Assembly (NCBI GenBank): GCA_054600435.1
Contig: BAAIJX010000008.1
Span: forward strand, 558,001 to 622,000
Direction: 5' to 3'
From: Neophaeotheca triangularis
Lineage: Eukaryota
Length of the DNA: 64,000 bases
The position numbers and the translations under genes were made by a program. The notes beneath the pieces are model-generated. The model had not been told where the DNA came from. It did not search any database and saw only the letters and a program-made list of their open reading frames with translations. This document shows positions 48,198-59,460 of this stretch, piece after piece (position 1 is the stretch's first letter; every line of letters starts with the position of its first letter).

Positions 48198-49811
48198 ATG
48201 GCACCACCGAACGTAGACTATTCTCTTTACCTCGTGACGGACTCGACGCCAGCCATTCTGGGCGATAAAGACCTCGTCAGCGTGGTCAAGGCTGCAGTTG
48301 AGGGCGGTACGTATGGCATGCCTGCAAGTTAATTGGAGCACCAAGCTAAGAGTTGCCTAGGAACCACCCTTGTGCAGCTACGAGACAAGACATCAGACAC
48401 GGCAGAACTCATCCAGATAGCCAAAGAGCTGCACAAAGTCTGTCGTGCCGCCAATGTACCACTCCTCATCAACGACCGCATTGATGTCGCCCTCGCAGCC
48501 GGCGTCGAGGGCGTCCATATCGGCCAAGATGACATGGACTTGCAATCCGCGCGCAAAATCTTGGGCCCGGACGCCATAATAGGCGTGACAGCAAATTCCG
48601 AAGATGAAGCCCTGGAAGCCGCGCGAGACGGCGCCGATTACTTAGGTCTTGGAGCAGTCTACGCAACGCAAACCAAAGAAAACACCAAAGCAGTTCTCGG
48701 CACAGCAGGCGTCCAGCAAATTCTAGCCTCACTAGCGAAAAGTGGCTACAGCAAGATTAAAACCGTGTGCATCGGCGGCATCAACGCTTCCAACGCGCAA
48801 AGAATCCTATATCAAACCACGTCCCCCGAAAAGAAACTCGATGGTGTCGCAGTCGTGAGCGCCATCATGGCAGCCCCGGACGCCAAAAATGCCTCTCAAA
48901 ACCTCGCACACTTGCTAACTCAACCCCCACCCTTCGCTCCCTCCCCCTCCCCGCAGACCTTAACCCCCGCAACCATCAAAACCCAAGCCCCCGCGATACT
49001 CGCCCGCCTCGCCTCCCAAAAACCCCTCTCCCACAACATGACCAACCTCGTCGTCCAAAACTTCGCCGCCAACGTCGCTCTCGCCGTCGGCGGCTCTCCC
49101 ATCATGTCCAACAACGGCCTCGAAGCCGGCGACCTCGCAGCCTTTGGCGGCGCCTTAGTAATCAACATGGGCACCACGACGCCCGAAGTGCGCGCCTCGC
49201 ACCTGCAAGCGCTCGCAGCCTACAACGCCGTCGGCGGGCCCGTGGTCCTCGATCCCGTAGGCGCGGGAGCCACAGAAGCCCGGCGCGAAGGCGTGCGAGC
49301 CCTCCTCGCCGGCGGCTTTTTCGACTTGATCAAAGGTAACGAGGGCGAGATCCGCACCATCAGCGGTGCGCGTGGCGTCAAGCAAAGAGGCGTCGACTCG
49401 GGCACCTCGCAGCTTACGCTGGCGCAGCGCATCGAGCTCGTCAAGACCACGGCCGCTGCACAACGCAACGTCGTTCTCATGACCGGTAGCGTGGATGTCG
49501 TGTCCGATGGCAAGCGCACTTTTACTGTCGCCAATGGTCATGAGTTTTTGGGTGAGATCACCGGGACAGGGTGTACGCTGGGTACGACGATTTCGGCTTG
49601 CTTGGCTGTTGAGAGGGAGGACAAGTTGATGGCGGCGCTGACTGGGATTCTCATGTATGAGATTGCGGCCGAGAGGGCTGCGGCTAGGGAGGTGGTGCAG
49701 GGGCCTGGTACTTTTGTGCCGGCGTTTATTGATGCGTTGTATCAGATTCGGCAGGCGAATGCTGGTGGAGATCATAGCTGGGTTGAGGCCGCGAAGGTCG
49801 AGGCGGTCTGA
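48198..49811 (+). CDS. THI6: Bifunctional thiamine-phosphate synthase / hydroxyethylthiazole kinase
   Basis: VDYSLYLVTD, QLRDK, INDRIDVA, HIGQDD, then LDPVG, KGNEGE and ITGTGC; intron 48307-48360. Confidence 0.95.
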
Positions 49812-50469
49812 TGGTCGAGATGTTCCTCGGAACTAATTGGCCAGAAAGAAGAGGGCAATTAGCCAATCTCCGGAACGTTAACATCGATCCACATCACGTG
49901 CTCGATCCTCCTGTCTCCTACCTCTACTGCTCGTTCCTCGTCTTCGACGAGGTGCTAGTCGCAGCATTATTAGTAACTCTTTGCTATACCCCATGGCGCG
50001 AATCCCCCTTTCAAAGGTGCTCCAAAGAGAGCCACACCAAGGGGCAAGAGTTTGCGGCCAATCTTGAAGACAAAGCCATGTTAGAATATCAGAGTGGCCT
50101 GAATGGTGGGAGCCAATACGTTGTAGAAGTCGACGTTGAGATCACTCTTGATTCCGCGGACTCATTAAATTCTTGAGACCTAAAAATGTAAACGACAGTT
50201 ACACAAAGGGAAGGACGGGCGGAAACTGGTAGATTGTAGCATCTCTTTCCAACGAAAGGAGCCTAACGACTGGGGCGTTTTGATTCCCATCAAACCACAC
50301 TTCAGGAGCGACGCAGCAGTGTCTAAGCGGTATGGTCAGCCAACGTTAAAAATCCAGAAACCACCACCTCCCTTTCCACTCCACAGCCGGCCGACCCATT
50401 CCTTCCTCTTACACAGCCCAGCAAGCACCCACACATTCATCGCCACCCAGCTTCCCACGCCTAAACCCT

Positions 50470-50691
50470 CTACTTCCCTCTCCTCCCTTGCCGCCCCGGC
50501 ACATACGCCCGCGTAGGCGCCGAAGGCCCCCTCGTCGACCTCGAAGTACTCGAGGGCAAGTCGCTCTCGAGATCCCTGTCCCGTCTACTGCTTGGGCTTC
50601 CGAAACCGCGGAATGAGAGAAAGGCGATCAGGCCGAGGACTGCGACGAGGACTACTACGATGATGACGATGACTTGGTTTCTCTGGACCAT
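50470..50691 (-). CDS. Small single-pass membrane protein (73 aa), orphan
   Basis: accATGg context, C/A-rich leader, about 20-aa hydrophobic helix, basic tail. Confidence 0.5.
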   Translation of the reverse strand: MVQRNQVIVIIVVVLVAVLGLIAFLSFRGFGSPSSRRDRDLESDLPSSTSRSTRGPSAPTRAYVPGRQGRRGK

Positions 50692-51381
50692 GGTTTGCGG
50701 GAGCCCGGCTGATGGGCTCGAGGTCGTGGCCGGATTGCTGTTTGGTGTTGGTGTGGTTGTGGTTGGGTTTTGGGCACTTGCTAGATGCGTTTTGGGGGAA
50801 GGCGAGCGCGCTGCTGTTACTCAGTAGGTGCCTGGGTTTTGAGAATGTCGAAGATGATAGCAGCGTAGGGATTCCCAGCCGTCATTGTTGTAGACGTGAA
50901 GATGTGGATGTGGGCAGTCGGCTCAGGACTAGAGATGAGATACACAGGTACAGATTACATGCATCTAATTAAATCGCTACCTAGCAAAGAGCGGCAAGCA
51001 TGCGTGTCGTTGACGCCGCCAGCGCTTCAAAAGCGTGCCACATGATGGAAAGGATGCCAATGCTGTCTGTAGGTGAGGTAGGCTTGTCCTGCGGCGAGCT
51101 TGCCAGGGATACTATTATTGTTGAGAGGTCGTGTATATATCTAGGTGTCCCCGACGGCTCTGGTGATAGGTAGGTATCTAAGGTAAGTACTATGGTATAG
51201 GTGTTTTCGCCGCGCCAAGCTTATAACAGGCGACCGACTCAGTTCCGCGGATACTTAAGTAAGGTACCTTACCTTATACATGCTGGAGGCGACATGCCTA
51301 CATAACATAAACAACCTAAACTCGCGTTGTGACTGCTGACTGCGACTGCATGCCTGGACAACCTCAACCTTCCACGCCATC

Positions 51382-53178
51382 ATGTTGACGACTCGAAAAA
51401 CAGCCGTCTACGCGGTTGTCTTCATCGCCCTGCTCTTTCTGTACCTCGAGTTCTTCGGACCGCATCAGCAGTCAAGGCCATACTTTACCGGCGGTGAGCC
51501 TAAGCTCTATCGACCGCCACCCTCACCTCAGACAAACAATGGAGCTTTCAACTGGGCCACACTGGAGCAGCATCATCCCGTGACATCCTATCACCCGTTG
51601 CCTACTGCCGGCAGCACAGCTCTGCCACGGATACAGCACGTATTCCAGGCGCCGGATAGCACATCTGCCAAGGTACGGCAAGACCGCGCAAAGAAAGTCA
51701 AACAAACCCTCGAGCGGTGCTGGAGTGCTTACCGTGAACGAGCCTGGCTTGCAGATGAGCTCACGCCCATCTCAGGCTCAAAGAAGACTACCTTTGGCGG
51801 CTGGGCCGCTACTCTAGTCGACTCACTCGACACCCTCTGGATCATGGACATGAAGACGGAATTCTGGGAAGGTGTCAACGCCACTCTCGCAATCGACTTT
51901 TCCGACTCGTCCATGGATCTCATCAACATTTTCGAAACGACAATTCGCTACTTGGGCGGCTTCCTGGCTGCCTATGATCTCAGCGGTGACCAAAGACTGC
52001 TGGACAAGAGCGTGGAACTTGCTGAGATGATCTACCACGCTTTCGACACCCCCAACCGCATGCCAATCACCCGCTGGAGAGTCCATGACGCCGCCGAAGG
52101 CTTGATGCAAACCGCTCCCAACCAAATCCTGAGCGCGGAAATCGGCTCTCTAGAGCTCGAACTCACCAGGCTTTCTCAAATCACAAACGACCCGCGTTGG
52201 CACGATGCTGGAAAGAGAGTAATGGACGTGTTCGATGAGCAACAGAGCCGCTCGAACCTGCCAGGAATGTGGCCACTGGCCGTGAATGCTTTTGAAAGTG
52301 ACTTTAGCTCTGGAACCACTTTCACCTTGGGCGCCATGGCTGATTCTCTATATGAATACCTCCCAAAGATGTATTCGCTCCTGGGCGGCTCCGAGCAATA
52401 CAAGAAAATGTACGTCGACTCGATGGACGCTGCAATCAAGCACGCGCTATATCGACCCATGCTCCCCGACGGCGCGGACGTCCTCATGTCAGGGCCCGTC
52501 CACGCAGATTCCCCAGCGGAAGCCACGACCATGCCCGAAGGCCAGCATTTAGTATGCTTTGCAGGAGGCATGTTCGCCATGGGCGGCAAACTGCACAACC
52601 TGCCCGAGCACGTAGAAATCGGCCGGAAACTCACAGACGGTTGCATCTGGACCTACCACAACAGCGCCCTAGGCATCATGCCGGAGACGTTCGCAACCGT
52701 GGCTTGCAAGGACAAAACCAAGTGCGAGTGGGACGAAGCACAATGGGAGGCCGAAGTGCTAGCACGCGCAGATCTCCCGGAAGGCAGCGCAGCCACGGGC
52801 AAAGAAGTCGCGGAACGCCGTCGCTTGCCAAAAGGCTTCACGGCCATGAACGACCGGCGCTACGTGCTGCGGCCCGAAGCCATTGAGAGCGTCTTCTACC
52901 TCTACCGGATCACGGGCGATGCGGATTTGCTGGAAGCCGCGTGGACCATGTTCGAGGCCACGGAGAAGCACACGCACACGGCGATTGCGAACGCCGCTAT
53001 TGTCGACATGAGCGACCCTGCCGCGCCGAAGAGCGATAGTATGGAGAGCTTTTGGACTGCCGAGACCCTCAAGTATTATTACTTGACTTTTAGTGAACCT
53101 GAGCTTATTAGTCTGGATGAGTGGGTGTTGAACACGGAGGCGCATCCGTTCAAGCGGCCTGCTGGTGGTGGTGGATGA
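51382..53178 (+). CDS. GH47 class I alpha-1,2-mannosidase, type II membrane protein
   Basis: TLVDSLDTL, FETTIRYLGG, ADSLYEYL, LRPEAIES, ESFWTAETLKY and NTEAHP. Confidence 0.96.
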   Translation: MLTTRKTAVYAVVFIALLFLYLEFFGPHQQSRPYFTGGEPKLYRPPPSPQTNNGAFNWATLEQHHPVTSYHPLPTAGSTALPRIQHVFQAPDSTSAKVRQDRAKKVKQTLERCWSAYRERAWLADELTPISGSKKTTFGGWAATLVDSLDTLWIMDMKTEFWEGVNATLAIDFSDSSMDLINIFETTIRYLGGFLAAYDLSGDQRLLDKSVELAEMIYHAFDTPNRMPITRWRVHDAAEGLMQTAPNQILSAEIGSLELELTRLSQITNDPRWHDAGKRVMDVFDEQQSRSNLPGMWPLAVNAFESDFSSGTTFTLGAMADSLYEYLPKMYSLLGGSEQYKKMYVDSMDAAIKHALYRPMLPDGADVLMSGPVHADSPAEATTMPEGQHLVCFAGGMFAMGGKLHNLPEHVEIGRKLTDGCIWTYHNSALGIMPETFATVACKDKTKCEWDEAQWEAEVLARADLPEGSAATGKEVAERRRLPKGFTAMNDRRYVLRPEAIESVFYLYRITGDADLLEAAWTMFEATEKHTHTAIANAAIVDMSDPAAPKSDSMESFWTAETLKYYYLTFSEPELISLDEWVLNTEAHPFKRPAGGGG

Positions 53179-53478
53179 GAACTGTGGAAGAGGAATAATT
53201 TTAGATGACGACCAGTTAATTAATCTCAAAGGCTTTGATCAACCTCAGCGCTCGGATGGATGGAATCAATGCCAAATGACCTGCCTTCCGCGAATGTGCA
53301 GGAAGAAAGATATCGAGTGCTTCAAGTGCCCTGGTCAATGCCAGCAGCATCGGCTGTTAAAGAAGGAGGGTTATCCTAAGATCTGTCGTTGCGTAAACGT
53401 AGGAGGTAGACAAGAACCCTCATAGCGAACTAATCGAATAATTCCCAAGCAAATCAGCCCTGTAAAAAAACCTCCCCC

Positions 53479-54814
53479 TCAAAGCCTCGCTCTTGCCCTC
53501 TCCCCCTCCAACCCTTCCCTTACCAACCGCCCAACCAACCTAGCACAGCCAATGGAATTCTGATACCCCGCCCCCGCATGCCCATAAGCATGCACCACGC
53601 TCCTACCCCCGACAAACTCGCCCTCGACCCTCGGACCCCCCTCCCTCCCCGGCCTAAGCCCACACTGCACGCTCACGACCTCGAACCCGCCATGCGGCAG
53701 CAACAGCTCCGGCGCGAGAACTCTTGCCCCCTGCAAAATCTTGTCCGTAGCGTCGGCATCGACCGCCTCGCTCCAGTTGCCCACTTCCTTGGTGCCGCCG
53801 AGAATCGTCGTCCCCGAGCCCGGTCGCGGGATGCAGTAAGCCACGTAGCCGTCACCAAGGCGCGTGCGAGTCGCGGAAGCTTCGCCCCTCACCAGGACGG
53901 TCTGGCCGCGAATGGGGAACATGGAAGTGTCACGGCAGAGCTTGGCGGCGCCGAGGCCGGTGGCGTTGACGTAAAGATCTGCGACGGGTCTGTTGTGTTG
54001 GGGAAGGAGGGTTTCAATGGTTTGAAGAGCGTGGGTTAGCCCGGAGGAAGTGGGGAGGCGTGTTTTGATGACTTTGGCTCCGGCGGTTAGGGCGCGGTTT
54101 TGCAGGTAGAGGAGGTATTTGGGGACGTTGATGGCTGGGGCTTGGCAGACGGCTGCTTGGGTGATTTGGGGGGAGTCTGGGGGGCAGCGGGCGTTGTAGC
54201 TTGCGATGGGTTCGTGGGAGGGAAGCAGGCTGCGGAAGTCGTGGACGTAGGGCGTCCACCAGAGGGTTTCGGTCGAGGGGCTGTCCCAGAGGTCGTAGGA
54301 GTCGTACATCTGGGGGATTTGTTAGGGAATTGAGTATGTAGTTGAAAGTAGGCCTTTGGCGATTGGTACTTTGATCCCCATTTCCCCTTCCCTGCCCTGT
54401 CGCTTTTCGAGTTGGAGCTGCTCGGTCCAATAGTCCAGCGTTTGAACGTCCCAATCGCAGAGAATGGGCTCGTCAACCGAGGCATGAGTCCTCCAATGTG
54501 CGCCTGCCCTACCAAAGATAAAAGTCAGAAAAGGACAAGTTTCTTGACATGGAACGAAGTCTTGAGGAAGCTGCTCAATCAAGCTTACCACGGAGAAGTA
54601 TATTCGATGCTGCTATCGCCTGGGACATGGGCCGCAAGTATCGTCACATGGTAACCATCTTCCGCGAGCATGACGGCAGAAGTCAGACCTGTGACTCCAG
54701 CGCTACGGTATGCGAGAGGGGTTAGGTTAGTCATGCATGTTGTTTGTTTCGAATAACCACCACTTTTGCCAGGGGGGCTCACCCTAGCACAACGACGTGC
54801 TTCTTTGCTGACAT
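53479..54814 (-). CDS. D-amino acid oxidase family flavoprotein with PTS1-like C-terminus ARL
   Basis: VVVLGAGVTGL, YTSPWAGA, PIRGQTV, GLRPGR and HAYGHAGAGYQNS; 3 introns. Confidence 0.92.
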
Positions 54815-55399
54815 TGTTGAAGTAAACAGTATAGTAGGATAGTAAGGTAGACACCCATGGAGGTGAATGATTTGCCTGCAGTTTGCAGTTTGCAGCTGAA
54901 AGAGAGGTCCGGCTCTTGGAGAGCGGAGTCACACCTTTATATAGCAGATCGAGACTCGGCAGCGCCAAGAATACCTACCGATAGTACATGCTATGTAGGT
55001 AGATAATACAAAACAGCAACATCACCAGCATAATCCTACAGACGAAGATCGATGAAAGGTCACCCTACAGAGAAAACATATTTTCCGTGCATTCAAAACT
55101 ACGTACGGAGCCTTGCATCAACCCACCCGCCAGCACTAATTGCCACGGTCATGATATCTACAAAGCCCTCCATCCGCAATCGCAATTGCAATGCAAAAAA
55201 GCACAACCCATTTAGACTCCACAAGAGACAAGTGGACCTCCCATGGGTATCTGTAGCCACTTGCGCTCAACAAACGCCTCGCTTTGACAGGTTCGTAAAG
55301 ACAAGGCAACGATCTTAGCGGCGCAATGTAATGGTCTGAACCACTTAGGAACAAGCTGTTCGGCCCACTCTGAGCACCACATCAATCGTCACTTGTACA

Positions 55400-55421
55400 T
55401 GTGTGTGTTGTGTGTGTGTGT
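55400..55421. repeat. Imperfect (TG)n microsatellite
   Basis: tgtgtgtgttgtgtgtgtgtgtg just past the stop of the RING-PHD gene. Confidence 0.8.
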
Positions 55422-55426
55422 GCAAC

Positions 55427-57522
55427 CTAAGCTGCAGAGCCAACCTCGTTAGTACCCTTGTTGATAGACGCGACCATCTTTGCCACCTCTTCGCCAGCGG
55501 TGGTCTCCAACTTTTCCTTCTCGGATGAGTTGGCAAGCTGACTAGCATCACTCACAAGAGCGTACAGCTTGCGAGAGACGTCGCGGTTAATGTCAGTGTA
55601 CTGCTCTACGTTGATCTTGCTGGCGCGGTGGAAGGGTTTCAGAGCCGCTTTGACCATCTGCTGGATGTCCTGTTTGGCGTTCAAGGGCAGGTCGCGAGAT
55701 GGGGAAGAAGAATCGGCGCGTGGTCGCTTTGGGGGTGACTGCTGCTGAGCTTGGCGGCCGCGCTCCACTTTGTCCTTTTCGATGTTCTGATTGTAGGTCT
55801 TGGTGACGTCATAGGCATAGGCGGGCAAGACGCACGAAGAGAGTGGAGGCGAAGAAGGACCTTGGGGTGGGGGCGTGACTGACATGGCACGCGGGGTGGC
55901 CTGGCCAGAAGACATCGGGGAGCGCGCGCGAGAAGAGTTGGCCGGCGAGTACTGGCCATTAGCACCTTCGGAAGCGGCGGGCGACGAGGCGGCACCCGAC
56001 ACCGGGTTGCGCTCGACTTCCTGGAGTAAGGATGAGAGAAAGCTGGGTCCCTCCCCGTTGCGCTGGGCCGCCGTGGTGGACGATTCAGCCTGAGCATTAC
56101 CATCGGCGGTGCGACGAGGGCGCTGAAGACGAGGCCTCTTGAGCTGCGGCTGCTCGGCTGGCCGCGGCTCGGAGGGAGACGCAGGGGAGGCAGTGGCCTT
56201 TCTCTTGCGGGCAGATGACTCGTCAGTGCTGGTATTGAGAGTGCGGGCCTTGTCGAAGGCGTTCCAGGCACGTAACTCGTCCTGAGACTCTGGGTTAGGG
56301 ATGACGGTGGGCGCGGCTTGGCGAATGTGAGGGTTGGCGACGGCACGAAGGCGGGCAATGTTGCGACTTCCCTGGCGGCTGGCGACCTGCAGACGTCTCT
56401 GCCAGCGACGGGACTCCACGCGTTGCTCCTCGGTACGAGTCTCTACGGTATCGTCGTTATCGTACGGGAAATCCAGATCGAAGTCGAGGCGGCGAGCGAC
56501 GGTGTCCCAAACACGGTCCCACTCATTGTCGGTGCGGCGACCACGGCGCGTGGAGGTCGTGCCAGGGCGACGAGAGTGGCGGCCGCTGCGGGTGAGTCTA
56601 GGCAAGACACCATCATTCTCCAGGCTCTGAAGACAGTTGGCGCAGTAGTAGAATTCGGTCGCCTCGTCCATGCCCGAGCAGTACATGTGGACCCTAGTGT
56701 CGCAGCCTTCGCAGTGCATGGTTTCCTGATCCTCATCGATGTTACCGCATACGGCACAAGGCTCCCAAGTCTCTACATCAACCAACTCATCTTCATCAAC
56801 AATCATGGTGGGGTCAATCTCAGCCTGCTGTCGCTTGTCCTGGACGGCATAGGTATGCTCGACGGGACCTCCCTGGTACCGGCTGAGGTGAACCTCATTG
56901 AAGGTGGTGCGGCATGAGGGGCAACTATTGGCACGGTCGACCCACGGCTTGAGACAGACTTCGTGGAGGTAATGCTGGCAAGGTAGGAGGTAGGCGATGG
57001 TTTCGGGATCATCTTCGAGTTTGATGCTGGAACAGCCCGGGTTAGCTTGCTACTTGATTGAGTAAAGTCATCCACAGGCTGGAGGCCTCTCTAGGCCACC
57101 CGACACTGATGCAAAAAGAGCTGGGTGACAGCCTCACCTTCCAAGCTTATTCGGCGAATATTCTTCAAGCCGTCCAAGAGAGGAAGCGATACCCAGCGAG
57201 GGTAGCCGTGTGCGGATGGGCTGGAGAGGCCTCCAGAAGCTTTAGCGCATCGAGTACGGCAAGGCGTGGCGGGATGGGGATGGTATGATCGATCTCGCTC
57301 ATGGGTTCAGGTGAAGTACCTTTGCGTGTTATCGCCGTTCGACTTCAACTTGTCGGCGCCATCGATGGTGCCGACGGATGTAGACGCAGCTTCAATAGCG
57401 GCGGCGTCGGGAGCTCCCGGCGAGCGGTCAGTGTCGATGGAGGTGCGCAGCTCGCTGAGACACACGATGCACTGCTCCGCCTCAGCAGGCATGTCGGTGG
57501 CGGTGGTGGGCGTGTCTGTCAT
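55427..57522 (-). CDS. RING-H2 + PHD finger protein with C-terminal SRI-like domain (Asr1/PHRF1-like)
   Basis: CIVC in exon 1 and CQHYLHEVC...CPSC in exon 2, joined in frame by intron 57027-57319; PHD CAVC..CEGC..H..C..CANC; VKAALKPF...YTDINRDVSRKLY. Confidence 0.87.
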
Positions 57523-58453
57523 GCTTGATACTTCCCCTAACAGTCACAGCTGACAACGAGAGAAGTTGCGCACATGCGCAGCGGGTGGTGATTGTTGTTG
57601 AAGATCGCAGGAGAGAGGGTCTGGAAGTGTGGAAGAGTGAAAGGTGTAGGTCGGGTGTGGGGTTCAGCAGCTTGGGCGATTTATACGTGCATCAGCCAGT
57701 CACGCTAGCGCCTCGGACAGCTTAGCTAAGGCGCCTAGTCTCGATTCGGAAACGACGATGACGTGGAAAGGCAAAGGTCGTGACTGGACAGTCTTGGAAC
57801 AGAGGACAACGAAGTCAACTTGTTGCCTCGGGGAAAGTATTGCTTTGAGAAGTTGTCTTGCCGGGTCCCGCAATGAAGTCTGTACCGCCAACAGAGTGAA
57901 GCAGAGCGTTGGTGACGCGGCGGAGGCAGCCTCGTGCCATTCAACGGGTCGGCGTTCTTCACAAGCAGAATTTATCCCTCTACGGCAGCGGTAAACCTTG
58001 GTTCGAGTTGGCCGTGAGGACATTACAGGCCTTCAGTTTGTCCCACCGACCTGGATGAACAGTGGGTGTTGCTTTGTTGCTGCCGACCTTGCACTTGACT
58101 TGCCCATAACTATTTACAGCCTTACCTTCCTTGAGCGCGTGCGCACTTTCTTATAATTCTTCGAGTAGTGTGGCGGTTCGACGAGCGCAGAGGTGCTGGC
58201 TGCTCAGCCGTTTCGAGTACGCTTCGGGCAGATGCTACAAGTGCAGTCCAATTCTCATCACATCACACGGGCAGGTCGCAAACTCGGTTTCGAAATTGGA
58301 GGCTCGAAGGTTTTGAGGTTCGAAGGTTTGTCATTCGTATAGCATCCGTGCCGGCCCTACTGGATATTCGCTTGAAAAGCCCAGCCAGCAACGCAAAATG
58401 TTGCCCATTCGCAGTCCTCCGTGCACATCAATAACGCCAATGCACAATCCCCC

Positions 58454-58998
58454 TTAAACCTCAGCAATTTCCCTCAGACGCCTGATAGTTGACCTTGTGG
58501 CAGCGGCAGCGGGGGTTCTGCAGGAGTCGAGACGTGTCAGTCATGTCCTGTTTTGGCTCGAGGCTTGCAGTCCGAAGGCTCATTCATGGTGGAGAGGTTA
58601 TAGAACGTACGCGAGGGTGTAGGCACCACCAGCAACAGTCTTCTTGCAGGAGTTGCAGTTCCAGATGCCGACAGAGTGACGCTTGACAGTGTTCTTGCCG
58701 CAGAAGGTGCACATGTAGCGGGCGTGCTGGGTGATTTCCATCTTCTTCACCTGCTTGCGGAGGGAGGCGCCGTAGCTGGAGTCTCCGTCAGTACGCCGTA
58801 TTCACATCTCATTGTCGCCAATGGTAGGGTTCGCTCAAGGCGGTGTCGTCGTACCGTGTGCCATATTTACCGGTCACGCCGACCTCTGAGGTGGTTTGTC
58901 AGTATTCTGCTTCAATTCGTGTCGTCTGCAGACAGGACGCTGTCAAGGCGCCTGTCGAATGATGGTGTAGTTGACATACTCTTGGTGCGCTTCGTCAT
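58454..58998 (-). CDS. RPL43: 60S ribosomal protein eL43 (L37a), 4 exons, absent from ORF track
   Basis: [44 protein letters not shown]...[13 protein letters not shown]...[10 protein letters not shown]. Confidence 0.96.
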
Positions 58999-59460
58999 CG
59001 TGTCGGTATTGTTTGTTGGACGTTGACGATGAAGTTGGAGTCGCTATCGCAAAAGGTCAAAGTCGTTCTCTTTGCGGGCTTAGGTGTGCGCGGTGATTTC
59101 ACAAACCTCGCTAGCTTGGCTTGGCATAGATGTTGGCCTAAGGCATCCACGGACAAAGTTGCCAACATCACCGACCATGACGGCCGACAGACGTCCTCGG
59201 CCGTATGCCCATTTCGAGCAAACAGACTCGCATCAAGTAACGTAAGGCACCTATCCCGTCGCGTACCTTATATAAAATAGGAGGAAGGTAGGCAGCCAAA
59301 CTTGGTCTCTCCTTCTTGCAGTGATTGCCAGCCCAGTTTCAACACTCCTCGCTATCTCCCAAATCTCCCGCACCCCCCTCTCTCTCTCCCGGATACCACC
59401 TGTCCACCGCCGTTGAGGCTACATAGTAACACTACCCTCTCGGCTACGTCTTCAGCAGCC

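Noticed and set aside
47900..48360. Possible TPP riboswitch at THI6
   Set aside because: No CTGAGA...CTTGAT...TAAT aptamer core in the leader or the 54-nt intron
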